DNA of 64,000 bases. Origin: Podarcis erhardii. Its lineage: Eukaryota. The position numbers were made by a program, and so were the translations under genes. The stretch is from the NCBI GenBank assembly GCA_964252035.1, contig OZ176212.1. The stretch is one strand, 5' to 3'. A model generated the notes under the pieces. It was not told the origin of the DNA. It saw only the letters and a list, made by a program, of their open reading frames with translations, and made no database searches. Numbering within the stretch: position 1 is the first letter of the stretch; each line of letters begins with the position of its first letter. Shown here piece by piece: positions 12,847 to 25,040 of this stretch.

Positions 12847-15800
12847 ATGCTTTTATTTCCATGCTCCTCTTTCCAGACCAGACCTTAGCGATGATGGCCT
12901 TCAAGGAGGGGGTCATGACTTCCGGTGCTTCATATCCTCTTGTGCCTGTGAAAGAGTGAGTAATATGCGTCCCCTGTGGTCTTCAACCTAAAAGTTTTGA
13001 TGAGCAGGGGCTGGTTGTGATCTGCCCTCTGAGGAGAGGAAGGCATTCGGCACATGTTGAGATGCATTACAGCTTCAAAGCCAATGGTCTAGGCTTGCAG
13101 CCATGGGCATAGCCAAGGGGCGGCAGGGAGGGACAGCTGCCCCCCAATCAATAAAAATCAATAAAAATACATAGCAAACTGAGGTTCTGCCCCCCACCTA
13201 ACAGGAGGTCTGCCCCCCCCCTTACAAAAACCCTAGCTACGCCCATGCTTGCAGCCAGGTCAGAATATTTTTTAAATGTAGTGCTCGGAGGTGGTATATA
13301 TTATGACCACAGCAGATGGGGAGGTGCAATTTAACCATTTGCTCCTCAACTGTGTTCTTGACAGAAATTAGCGATAAAAAAAGAGGATGGTTGATGTCTC
13401 TGTGAGGGGAGAGGGCAGTCCAGGTGCCCCAGGACCAAGCTCTGGGTTCTCTTTTCCCCCTGTCTGCCTTCCTAAAAACCCTCCCCACAGAGCAGTTGTT
13501 GGTACTCTCAAATTTAAACAGAGATTTCCAGATCCAGAGACCAGAAAAGTGCCAGGGGCCAGGTGGCAGCAGAGCGTATGCGTCTCTCACCTGTGTTATG
13601 TAATAACTCTGTATAAACAGGCATTTGGCTGAGCAAACAATCTATGGCCTTTTTAATGCGTTTGTGGGATAGTGTGACTGGCTTCCCCCCCTTTTGTTGT
13701 GATATGTATTTTGTGTTTCCTTTTGTATTTTATGCTGTAAACTGCCCTGTGAGCTTTGGGTGGAGGGTGGTATATAGATTTAATTATCACTGTTAATAAT
13801 AAAGGGCAACGTCAGCTGTGGGCTCTGAGCCCGGCACAGCTGGCCTCAGGCCTGACAGCTGAGTGAGGTGGGTGGGGCTTAATCTGAAGTAGGAGGGGCT
13901 AAGGGGAGTCAGGAAGTAACAGGAAGCAAAAAAATTAATATATTTAGGAGACCACTGTAAGCAGATGAAAACATTAGCAGGGTTTTAATAACACTTGTAA
14001 TGTAACAAACACTATGGACAACATGAAGAGGTATAAAATATGGATTGTGAAATAATACAAAGTTGAAAATGTTGACAGTAGGACCCAGGGAGGGGATGGG
14101 GGGAAGTCTGGAGTTTCCGAGAAATCTCTAAATATGAATATGTACTTGGTACTGATGTATCTTTACACTTGCAAAACCAAATATTATTTTTTTTAATGGA
14201 AATAGCAGCAAGCACTATGGAGATCCTATGAAATAGTGAGGAGGGGCCCAATAAGAGGGGGGGAGGGGTTGCTTCTGGGTCCCCCCTTCCATCCTTCCCT
14301 TTTCTCCCACAGCAGGATGTGGACTGCACAGAGGAAGAGGATGGTCTGTCTCTGCAGATTCGAGGGCGAAACCCCTCACGCCATAAGCAAGTATGTGCCC
14401 TCAAACCGCTGTTTCGTATCATTACAGAAATCGGGGTTGGCTTTTGCAGCCCGGCTCCCCACCAAGCGACTTTGGATCCCTTGAGGTCTGCTATTGGTCA
14501 GAGAAATAAATGGAGACATTAATCACATACAAGAAAGCAAGGCTGGATGCTGAGCCTGATCCCTATGGATCAGCTGCAACAGGATCTCCCCCTCCCACAA
14601 CAGAGAGAAGAAGAAGGGCCCCAAACAAAGTGGGAGCTACTTTTGAAACTTGTGCCCAGCCACCTTGGCAAGAAAGACACAAAACGTCGTAGAAGGAGGG
14701 GCTGCCCAGTGAAAGTGGGGCATGTGTAATTTGCATGGTTTCTAAGTTATCAGTCATGACACTTTGTGAATTGCTTGTCTCCATTCTGTCATTCATATTC
14801 CTGACACATTTAACCATCCCTTTAGATTTGTAACTACCCTGTCTCCTTTCTCCTCTGGGACACATTATTCTTGCCCCTGCTCAAACCTCCCCACTTTGAT
14901 ACTCAAAAGACCTCCATTTGACAGGTCTCAGCTTCTATTGACAAGCCACCCAAACTGCAGATTTATGCCTTGCTGCAGCCCATTGAGGAGTTTGCAAGTT
15001 TCTTGGCTACAGAGGTGGCTGCCAGCAGGGGCCGATATGGACCAAGTATGGCTCGTCTGCCCCCTTTCATTTCTAAACTAGAAGGTGCTGGAGTTCTGGC
15101 CTGGGAACCTATTTTTCCTAAGGAATATGGCATTTGGGAAGCTGCCTGTGGTCCCTAACTTGTGAGCGAGAGATTCTGCATGTGCTCAGTGGCACTGCCC
15201 TTCTGTGGCTCCCGCTAAAGAACCAGAGGGGTCTTGTGTGGTACTTTAAAGCCTGACTTTTGTGGCGTAAGCTTTTGTGAACTAGCAGCCACTATACCAA
15301 ATGCAGGAAATGTATCCTCAGTAGGCAGATAGAAATATACTGTGACAATGTGACAGGCCCTACCTCTTCCATTTAATAGCTTTTGGGTCCCACCCCTAAA
15401 TACGGGGCGGGGGTTGTCTTCCTCTCTGTACTTGTGTGTGACTAATCTGCCAGCTGAGGACAGCTCCTCTTGTGCTAGTCTGTGAAAACTGATGTGGTAA
15501 TGAATCCGTCTGTCTTCAAAGTGCCACAAGGCCATCTGTTGTTTTTGCTGCAAACCTTACACAGGTCATCTCTCGTATTTGTTAATGCTAGTAGTAGTAT
15601 GTGTGTTGGAAGTGTGGGCTTTGACTCCCAAGACTCAAAAATGGCTTTGAAGATGCTTTCTTCCCTTACCAGGTGGAGACTGTGCTTCTGGAAGATCAGA
15701 TGGGGTATGTGACCCAGCGCCGGCCCCGACGGTCCCCCTCGGCTGGCGTGGAGGGGCTTTCTCCCCTAGTATCTGAGCAGGACCTCAACACCATTCAGGT

Positions 15801-17376
15801 ATTGACTCTCTGGGCATAAGGTATCAGGGAAAATTGGAGAGGACAGGTGGCAGGGGCAAGAGGAGCAGGATTTGTTTGTTTGATGTATATTTATTACATT
15901 TATGTACAATCTTTTTTTCCCCCCCCAAGCAGCTCAAGGTGGTGTACTTGGTTCTTCCCTCCCATTCCCCCCCCCTCACAGCAACCCTGTGAGGTAGGCT
16001 AGACTGAGAGGCAGTGACTGGCCCAAGATCACCCAGTGAGCTTCATTGGCTGAGTCGGGATTTGAACCTTGGTCTCCCAGGTCCTAGTCCAACACTTTAA
16101 AGTCTGTTATACTACAAGGACTTACAAATCTATTGGTACTGCTTTTCCTGGCATAGGAATGCACTGATGGGAACATTGTCATCAGCTGATCTCTGCTTTT
16201 CTAAGCAGACAAAGAGAGACTGGACAGGAGACTATGTGGAAGGGAGGGAGGGAGGACAGCCTGCCAGGCCCCATCCACAACTTGTGAGTCACAACTCCAG
16301 ACAAGAAGTAGGGTGCCCCTAGGGTTACATTGATTGTACCACAAAGCAAACAGACTTTTAACTGGAGTCCTTAAAGCTGTGAATAATTGCTTGACAGTTT
16401 GCGAGGCAACACATAGTGACACCAGTGGATCTTTTCTGCAAGCTGCGGAATGTTGCATTTGTAGATGCAAATCTAGGGTTTTCCCATTTTATCCCCAGAA
16501 CAACCCTGTGAAATAGGCTATGCCGACAGCAACTGTTACTGGCCTCCAGGTCATCCTGCAAGCATCATGCTTTGTTGTGGATGTGAATCCAGCTCTTCCT
16601 AGTCCAACACACTGGTTGCCATACTTCATAGTTATGCAAAAGCAAGAATTTCAGCAGATGTGGGTCTTTGCATTCCGGCAAGCCACAATCTCTTCTTCTA
16701 TGGAGCCTCCCTCTCTTTCTCCTGTCCTCAACCCAACCTGTGCAGAATGGACCCAGGTATCAGCTGTGACTCCTGCCCACATCCAGGCTGAGGGAGGAGG
16801 GAGAAAGAAGAGGATTTCCCTCATGCGTGGGACTATAGAACACTCCATTTTTCTTATTTTCATAAATTCTGAAATGTTTAGCATCACCACACTCCAGTCA
16901 CGGGTTTTATACTATCATGGCTGGGGGTGGACTGCCAACTTTGGGGGAAGTTGTGTTGCCAGGGATAACTTTAATTTTGGATGTGTTTCAGTGAATATAT
17001 GAAACATGTAAAAGAGCAAGGTCTGTTTCCGTCTGGGAGGGTGGCAACCCTAACCCCACACTTCCAGCAGGACCAAGTCCAGAGCTGGGGAACCTTTGAC
17101 CATAAATCATCACGTTCCTTGGTATAATCATAGCCACATTCTATGCCAAGTAGGAAACAGACTTTTTCAGTGTCAGGGTGGTGGAGGTGCTTGGAAACTG
17201 TGTTTTGCTTCTCATTTTCTTCCTTCCCTGCACTACAGCCCCTGATCTGCTGCCCGTCCCGCCAGGGTGGGCCAGGCAAGTTCCTGAGCAAAGTGTCTCG
17301 GCGCAAGGATCCGCCTCAGCCAGAGAATTCGGACAGCGACACCGACCAGCCAGAGGCTTTGTCTGAGGACACCTGA
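9409..17376 (+). CDS. Unidentified 8-exon protein-coding gene, ~317 aa
   Basis: Exons 9409-9579, 11335-11521, 12877-12955, 13491-13575, 14313-14390, 14925-15014, 15673-15798, 17239-17376. All introns GT-AG, phases 0,1,2,0,0,0,0 compatible, no internal stop. Strong Kozak ccaaaATGg; AATAAA 41 nt after the stop. The exon 6 donor is the least certain junction. Protein not recognised. Confidence 0.8.
9713..9852. mobile_element. hAT-type MITE
   Basis: TIRs caggcttcctcagac / gtttgaggaagcctg. Flanks ggctaaag / ggctgaag resemble an 8-bp TSD (offset by one base at the right end). Confidence 0.75.
10180..10945 (-). mobile_element. 5'-truncated L1/Tx1-clade LINE (ORF2 C-terminal Cys-rich region plus 3' UTR)
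   Basis: Minus-strand ORF ...[42 protein letters not shown]...AARILLAQRWKQEEIPTVEEW..., a zf-RVT-like CxxC...H motif; A-rich tail near 10180-10200. Confidence 0.85.
11829..12052. mobile_element. Tc1/mariner-pogo-type MITE
   Basis: TA|CAGTGGTACCTCGGTTT ... AAACCAAGGTACCACTG|TA: TIRs with TA TSD. Confidence 0.85.
12668..12805 (+). mobile_element. tRNA-head / CR1-tail SINE
   Basis: gagagcatggtgctggtaacgccaaggtggcaggttcattccccgtatggg head, then CR1-like 3' end ggggttggactagatgatgatcctcagggtcttttccaactct. Confidence 0.7.
12805..12845 (+). repeat. (ATCT)n tetranucleotide microsatellite
   Basis: About 10 perfect units directly after the SINE tail. Confidence 0.95.
15885..16100 (-). mobile_element. 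Squam3 / Ther1-like SINE
   Basis: caaccctgtgaggtaggctagactgagaggcagtgactggcccaagatcacccagtgagcttcattggctgagtcgggatttgaacc...gtcctagtccaacac. Confidence 0.85.
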
Positions 17377-17416
17377 TCAACCTGGCTCCAGACCCACTGT
17401 ATTCACAAGAGAGAAT

Positions 17417-17422
17417 AATAAA
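17417..17422 (+). terminator. Polyadenylation signal of the unnamed gene
   Basis: AATAAA 41 nt after the TGA ending at 17376. Confidence 0.7.
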
Positions 17423-18000
17423 CACTCCGCTTGAACCCCTCTCCCATTTCCCTCCAGGATCTGGAGGGGGAAAGGACAATGCATCTCTAGCCCATTCCAT
17501 CGTAGAGAGCCAAAATGGCACCCTCCCGATGTTGGTTGGCTATGGTTTCCACCATCCCTGGCCATTGGCCATGCTGGCTGCGGCTGTCGGGAGTTATAAT
17601 CTGAAGGGCACCAGGTTGGCTATCCTTGCAATAATCACAGCAAGCAGAATTGGGAAGGGGGGGAAAGCTGCAAAGCATGTTGGGTTAATTGCCATAAGAT
17701 GCATTCTGGGTAAACATCAGGTTCTGTCCATGAAGGGATTGAAGAACCACTCAAAGCAGCTGGCACTGCCACCTCTTCCAAAATATATTTAAATAAAATG
17801 CAAATGAACAAACAAGTGAAAACCCTGACCAGTGCATATACATGAGTGAATTCATATACTGTACAGCCTGCATATCTGTTCACAGATTAGCAAGCAAGAG
17901 GTGGTGTGGTGTAATGGACTGAGTGCTGGACTTGGCCAAGGAGTCTTGAGTTCAAATCCCAGCTGGACCCATGCTTGTGATTTTGATTTATACACACACA

Positions 18001-18242
18001 CAGTGGTACCTCTGTTTTCGAACATCTCTGTTGACGAGCATTTCAGTTTTTGAACACCGTAAACCTGCAAATAAATACTTCGGTTTTCGAATACGCCTTG
18101 GGAGTTGAACATGCCACACGGCTTCCACTGAGTGCAAGATCCTGAGGCCTAGCTGTCGACTATTGATTTTTTTGTTTTCGAACGTTTCAGAACTCGAATG
18201 ATCTTCAGGAACGGATTACGTTCGAAAACCGAGGTACCACTG
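18001..18242. mobile_element. Tc1/mariner-pogo-type MITE
   Basis: CAGTGGTACCTCTGTTTTCGAAC ... GTTCGAAAACCGAGGTACCACTG|TA; left flank merges with a (CA)n run and a truncated Squam3-like head at ~17900-17980. Confidence 0.85.
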
Positions 18243-18779
18243 TATACATAGTGCCATCAACGGGCAATTTACTGTTAAATTTATACATAGCCCTGGTGAA
18301 AGGTCAGCACACTGATATAAATACTAGGTTCCTACCCATAATCTGTAACAATACCAAAGCGTGCCAGTAGCCACTATTAACTCCATTAAAGCAAAAACTA
18401 TGGAATTTGAAAATCAGACATATTTTATCTGAAGATTCTTTATCCCTTCATGTGGCATCTTCAGTCGCCCAGCAGCTTGTAAATAAAACTTATCAATCAA
18501 AGAAGAAATGATTAGAAAGACCACCGATTCAAGTCATGTTTTCGAAATTTCATATTCCCGTTAAGAAATACCACTCATTAAAAAACACGTTTGTTTGTTG
18601 TCAAAACAGGAAAAAATATGATCTCTCGAGGTAAAAGTTCTGCTTTCAATTGCAAGATATATTATTAAAGGCGGCCACTTTCTTGCTAAAGACTTTTGCA
18701 CAGCAATTCTTACTATCAAGACTATACAAAAGCACTGGATCTGGCGAGTCCTTTAGCGTGAGGAAATAACAGTTCCCTT

Positions 18780-19560
18780 TCCATACTTTCTGACTGGCCA
18801 ATAAGAAAACAGGAGGGTGCGAAGGAGCCGCCCCAGGGGAAGCCGGAAGCGCTCCAAAGCCAACCTCCATGTCGGCGGCTGTTCGCCCGACTCTCTCTAC
18901 CAAATGGAGCTTTTCTGAAGCCTCGGTCCTCCGAACGCTCTAGGAGCGGAGTAACCATAAATCACAGGAAGAAGACGAGGAGAAGTGGCCCTTCTAGCCC
19001 GGCTTCTTGTTGGTGGGGCTACACCAAAACGAAAGCCGGCAGGGGAGCGTCCGGAGACGAAACCATTGGCGTTCCGAAATGTCCCTCTTCCCCGGGGAAG
19101 GGGCGGGAGCGTAGTTTTTAAAGAGACAGGCAGACATTTTCCTTTCCGAACCTGAACAGAGTAGCTGAAGGTTGCGGAAACCGGGGGAAGCTGCGTGCAT
19201 TGGGCCAAAGCAGGAAGGCAGAAAGCGGGGAGCGGGAGTCTCCGAGTCCATCGTGAGGAAGAGAAAGAGCGGAATACGAGGGGCTCCTGCAGCGGGTGGG
19301 CGCTGCGTGGTCCGAGCGTTGCATTGGGGCTGGAGCGGGGTTTGCAAGGAGGTTCCGCCGCCGGAGCAACAGCTGGCCGCGAGATGAAGCAAGAAAACAT
19401 CTTCCTCTTCGTCCCCAACCTCATCGGTACGCTCCCCGGGGTGCCGGGCGGGGGAGAGGAGGAGGCTGCGATCCTGAAACACTATGCTTCTCCTCCCCGA
19501 AATGCTGGGACGTGTAGTTTACCCGGCACGGACTTTTTAGCCCTTGCAAACCACCCTTCC
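18780..19560 (+). promoter_or_regulatory. CpG-island promoter / 5' region of CDIPT
   Basis: CpG-dense stretch spanning the CDIPT ATG; CCAAT at 18798, ETS-like CCGGAAG at 18843, ATTGG at 19065. Confidence 0.75.
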
Positions 19561-21716
19561 CAGGATTCATATGTGCTTTAAGGATGCTTTAAATGGGTGG
19601 GGTGTGGGGGTGTGTTCGCATCCTGAATGAGTAGACCGGCCGGAATGAATGGGGGCCTCGTTAGTCACGCCCATTAATCTCGATGAGGCAGCCCTGCTGT
19701 GGCAAATGGTGTCATTAATCCATGAGCCCCGGGAAGAGCCTCATCAACCCAGCTGCACTGCACAGGGGGAGTCGCTTCTGTGTAAACGTGCTTAGGGTGG
19801 GGTGCTGCGATGCTCTTCCAGGGAGGACAGGCCTGGCCCAGGAGACCTGACCTAGTTCTGGGCCTCTCGAGATGTTCAGAAGCAGTAAGAGCTCCAAATC
19901 CCGGTGCTGGGAGACAGACACAGGTGGGTGAAGGCTCCTTGCCTTCATGCTTCCTTTACAGACTTCCCGAATGCAGCCTGGAAAACCGGGTGCCGATGCC
20001 GGACTAGATCGACCTTTGGTCTGATCTCACTTGGTAAAAGCTGAGAAGTGCCTCGTGCTCCGGCCCCTTCCCCGCCTCCTTTGCCTTGCCCCCGGGGCCT
20101 TCTGCTTCAACACTCCCGTCTATTTCCTGCCCTGTTATTTTCACAAGTGTTAATCTGCAGCTGAAGGCAGCAGCAGCAGCAGCATCTGGGCTGTCTCCTC
20201 CAGATCAGATGTGACAGGCAGGCAAGTGACTCACCTGTCTCTTGTAGGCTCAGTCCGGACCCTTTCATTTCTTACAGTTGATTGTTGCTTTCAGTGCCAA
20301 AAACAAAAGAGGAAAAGGGTGTTTCTAAAATAGGGAGTTTGTTTCTCCTCTTCAACACTCCTGAAGGAAATGTTACTGATCTTTGAGTGACTCTTGCCTA
20401 GATATCTGGGGAGGTGGGGTTGTGGGTAGCAAAGGAGGGGAACCAAATAGAATTTGCATGACCCATTTCCCCAGTTTTCTGAGGGCTGCAGGGCTTGGGG
20501 GTTAAAAGATTCCAGGACAAAGTCTCATTTTGCTTCCTTGTCCTTTGCAGGTTATGCCCGCATAATCTTCGCTTTTATCGCGTTCTATTTTATGCCAACC
20601 TCCCACATAATAGCATCCTTCTTTTACCTCCTAAGTGGTTTCCTTGATGCCTTTGATGGCTATGCAGCTCGGGCCCTGGACCAAGGTAAGGCTTGTTCGC
20701 CTCAAGGCAGAGAGGGCTACAGTGTGGCTCATACAAGCCATGCACTGAAAGCACATGGCTTTGTGAGCGGCAAACTATAGTTCCCAGGATTCTTTTGGGG
20801 TGCTTATAAATGCATGGCACGTATGCATTCTGTATGGTATGTAACAATTTGTTGTGGTGTAATGCAGTCAGTTTGAAGAGAGAGAGAGAGAGAGTCAAGG
20901 AGCACATATATGAGGAGATGAAGCTGTCCCACACAGAGTTAGATCACTGGTCCATCTATTTCAGTCCTGTCTGCTTTGAATGGTGGCAGCAGCTCTCTAC
21001 AGTCTCAGGCAGAAGCCTGGCTAACTGTCCCTTTATTAGTTGAAGATGCTGGAGGCCTCCTGTGTGGGCAGCATGTCTCCCACTGCTGAGCTGCATTCCG
21101 TCCTCAGAAGACGACTGAGGTTGCCGTGTTGCTTAAGAGTATGAGCTACAAGGTCCCTGGCTCAAAGCTTGGTTCAGGTTTGAGCTCACTGGGTGGCAGC
21201 AGGCAAGGAGCTATCACTCAGTCTCACCCATCCTCAGATCTGTACTCTGCTGCTGCTGCAACAAGGCACTGCCTGCCTGAACCTCCCCTGCCAGCAGCAG
21301 CCACAAAGAAGGAGGGTCTGTGCCCCGGCTCCTTTGTGCAATGTGCCCCACCCCACTTCCTCTTGCAACACAGTGCTACTCTTTGCCTCACCCTCCCTTC
21401 CAGAAATCTACAGGAATAATGCCTGGCTCTGGGTAAAACCCTCCAGATCCGCAACTGTAGCCAAAAGGAAGCGTGTCCAAATAGACTGACCTTTTTTTGC
21501 TGAGATGGGAAGGTTTCACAAGGTTCTCGTTACTTTCCATCTGTGTAAGCTGCACACTGAAACCTGTTGTTTTCAAGTGTGCCTGCCTGGACCACACAAC
21601 TCTTGGCCTCACAGCAGAAACACAGCCACCTGCGCCCGTCACCTGCCTGGGGCAACAAAAACTTGTCAAGCACATAGCAAGCCACAATATAATAATAATA
21701 ATAATAATAACAATAA

Positions 21717-21757
<41 letters not shown>

Positions 21758-24700
21758 ATTTATACCCTGCCGTTCTGGCTGAGTTTCCCCAGCCACTCTG
21801 GGCGGCTTCCAATCAAGTGTTAAAAACAATACAGCATTAAATATTAAAAACTTCCCTAAACAGGCAATATATGCCTTAAAATTTTGATGGGTTGCGGGTG
21901 ACGTGTGGCTGCAGTCTCTACTGTATGCATAGCTTCCTCCCCGTTGGTTTACAGTGCCCTTGCCTTTCTAATGTGCACTGTTCTTCCCAGGCACCCGCTT
22001 TGGCGCCATGCTGGACATGCTGACGGACCGCTGTGCCACCATGTGCCTGTTGGTGAACCTTGCTATGCTCTACCCTGAATCTGCCCTTTGGTTCCAACTC
22101 AGCATGAGCCTTGACGTCGCCTCCCACTGGCTCCATCTCCACAGGTATCCGCTGGGGAAAGGAGGGACTCTGCCCTCGATGGCGGCATCAGAAGTTGCCT
22201 TGTACAATATTGGACAATGATGTCCAGGTCTGGCTCAGCCTCGCCTGCTGTGACTCGCGGCAGGGTCTCGGGCTGAAAGGGAGCCTTTCGTATCGCCCAT
22301 CTGCCTATTCCTTTTAACTGGAGGTGCCGGAGACCAAACCTGGGGTCTTCTGCAAACAACCCAGATCCTCTGCCGCTCAGCTATGGTGCCTCCTCTGCTG
22401 GGATAGAGAGGCGTGGAAGGGAAAAGGGGCTGAGCACTCCTGGCTCCCATTTTAACTACCTTCTCTGCTCCCACCAGCACCGTGGTAAAAGGTGGGGAGA
22501 GCCACAAGACCATTGACTTGTCAGGGAATCCAATCCTGCGGGTGTATTACAGCTCCCGGGTGAGTGATAATTTATTTAGAACTCTCCCTCTCTCTGAACT
22601 CTCTCTCCTTCTCTCTGAATTGTCTCTCTCTCCCGCTCCCTCTCTCTGAACTCCCTCTCCCTCTCTCTGAACTGTTCCTGCTACATTTCTCCAGGCTTCC
22701 ATCCCTTTTAAAAAAAAGTATGTTCAAAAGCTTTATTGAACAAATGACAAAACAAATAAAGCAAGAAGATTGGGGGGGGGCGTAGTGTGATAAGCTGCAA
22801 CAAAAAACCCCACCCAGATCTTTCAGTAAAGGCAAAATAAATCAGAATTGTTGGTGTAATTTAATAATTTTCTATTTCCACTGCTTCCTACGGGCCCTTT
22901 CCCCTTGGAATCAAAATATCGCTTGCTATCCCATTTCCTCAAAGGCAAAATACTGCCCCATTCATTCCCTTCCACCATCAGAGAGTCTCACAATATTGGG
23001 AGATCCCTCCCTCTCTCCTAGTTCTGCCCCACTCTCCACTCCAAATCTTGTATTTGCAAGCTTTCTTGAAAAGTATGAACAGAAAGGGAGGGTCCATTCA
23101 TTGTCATTAAAAAATATACCGCAGTACGCAATGAACTATGGGGGATTGAATTTCCACTCGGTCGCCTGCAGATTTAGCTGTCTGCTCGAAGAGGGTTTGT
23201 GGCCGTTTTATCATATTTTAAAAGTTTGGAAAGTGTTTGGGAGAGTGTTTCATATTTCACTTCTGCAGTGTCTCCATTGGCTTCCAGTCAGTTTCAAGGC
23301 CTGATTTTTTTAAAGGGCTCTTTTGGATCTTTTAAAGCCCTAAGTCATCTGGTTCCAGGATTGTTTGTAATGCACTTTATATCAAATGATCTCAGGATGG
23401 GATATGCGGATCATTAAAGCAATCCCAGTTGCAAATCAAAAGTGGATAAAGACAGTAAATAAACTTAAAACACAGGGGCCAGTTGCTACACTATTAAGTT
23501 GATAAGGGTAACAATTCCAGAATGCCTGAGCAAATTAACCAGGTCTTAAGCTAGTGCCAAAACAAAATCAAAGTTGTTTCTGAGTAGTCTTCAACAGCAG
23601 CCCCACATAGAGTGCATTACAGTAATCCAGTCAGAAGGTTATTAGTGTTGCTGTAGCCAGGCTATCTCTACCCAGAAATGGCTGTAGCTGGAAAAACAAC
23701 AGAAGTTGACCAAACGCAGCTTCATTCCCCAAACGAGGCCTGAAACCAAGCTGGAAGATGTCTAGATAATCCATTTCCTCCTGAAACATCTGGAGCTGCA
23801 TGATCATCCCTCTCCTGAGCACCTTGAAATATGCCCAGAAAGGGGATATTTGCAGCTGGGCAGTAGTTGTCATGCACCTCCAAGTCCAGCTTCCCATATG
23901 AAGCTGTCTGTATCTTAAGATCCCCCTCAGGGTCCCTGCCCTGAGGGATCAGGGACTTCTCTATGATGGCATCAAAGCAATAGAACTCTCTTCCTAGAGA
24001 ACCCACCTGACTCCTTCATTGTTGGTCATCAGACAGCAGGCCAAGGCTGCCCTTTTCTGCAAAGTGTTGGGAGTATCCGACCACTGGGATAATGTGCCTG
24101 CTACTTATATTAACTTTGTTTCCCTCTTGACATAGCTGACATAGTTTCCCTTTTTTTAAGGGAAATTCCCTTATTCCGAATAGGATTCCTTGCAAGAAAA
24201 GGGAAAAGTTGACAGCTATGCCCTCTTGGATTGTAGTATTAGTAGTACCAGTGGTACTTACCGTATTTTTCGCTCTATAAGATGCACCAGACCACAAGAT
24301 GCACCTAGTTTTTGGAGGAGGAAAACAAGAAAAAAAATATTCTGAATCTCAGAAGCCAGAACAGCAAGAGGGATCGCTGTGCAGTGAAAGCAGGAATCCC
24401 TCTTACTGTTCTGGCTTCTGGGATAGCTGTGCAGCCTGCATTTGCTCCATAAGACGCACACATCCCCCTTACTTTTTAGGAGGGAAAAAGTGAGTCTTAT
24501 AGAGCAAAAAATACAGTGTACATACATGATGTTGTACTGCATGCTTGTAAGCTAATTTAGTGGCGATTGCAGTCTGCATACGTTTTTGAATAAGCTAGCA
24601 GCCAAACAGAGCTGACATTCTTACGTGTGTAGGGGACAACTCAGGTAGCTTCTCTTTGCTCTTTTTTCTCTGGCCTGGTTTGACATGGTTTCTCCTCCTC

Positions 24701-25040
24701 TTCCTCCTTCCAGACTGTCCTCTTCATCATGTGCGCTGGGAATGAGCTCTTCTACTGCATGCTCTATTTGCTGTGTTTTGGGGAAGGACCAGAAAGTGAG
24801 TATCCTAAGCCAGAGGGACGATGCCTAGGGGTCAAAGGGTATTTCAAAGGACTCCTTCCTTACCCCCACCCCTTTTTTATTTTTCCAGTCCTGCCCGGAC
24901 AAGCTGGTCTCTACCGCCTAGTCCTGTGGGTTTCTGCCCCCATCGCCATCACCAAGAGCCTCATCAGCCTGGTCCACCTGATCTGCGCCTCGTGCAATAT
25001 GGCTGCTCTGGATGTCGCGGAACGCGCAAAGAGGAAGTAG
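19384..25040 (+). CDS. CDIPT: CDP-diacylglycerol--inositol 3-phosphatidyltransferase (phosphatidylinositol synthase), 6 coding exons, 215 aa
   Basis: Exons 19384-19426, 20551-20685, 21991-22144, 22478-22559, 24714-24795, 24889-25040, all GT-AG. MKQENIFLFVPNLIGYARI...; intact CDP-alcohol phosphotransferase motif DAFDGYAARALDQGTRFGAMLDMLTD; ends NMAALDVAERAKRK*. Confidence 0.98.
21690..21865 (-). mobile_element. L2-type LINE 3' end with (TAA)n/(TAAA)n tail
   Basis: About 65 nt of TAA/TAAA repeats, then tttataccctgccgttctggctgagtttccccagccactctgggcggcttcc...acttccctaaacagg. Confidence 0.75.
22575..22680 (+). repeat. Imperfect CT-rich tandem repeat (ctctctctgaact units)
   Basis: Recurring ctctctctgaa motifs just downstream of the CDIPT exon 4 donor. 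Confidence 0.7.
23580..23830 (-). mobile_element. Degraded L2 LINE RT fragment
   Basis: Minus-strand peptide LDIFQLGFRPRLGNEAA resembles the L2 RT motif DPFQSGFRPGxGTETAL; antisense cagccccacatagagtgcattacagtaatcc. Confidence 0.65.
24261..24516. mobile_element. Tc1/mariner-type MITE
   Basis: TA|CCGTATTTTTCGCTCTATAAGA ... TCTTATAGAGCAAAAAATACAG imperfect TIRs. Confidence 0.75.

Noticed and set aside
15046-15672. Extra micro-exon (15286-15320 or 15565-15596) in the unnamed gene
   Set aside because: Needed only if exon 6 uses the phase-1 donors at 15045 or 15084; the phase-0 donor at 15014 joins 15673 directly. Unresolved without RNA data, so not called.
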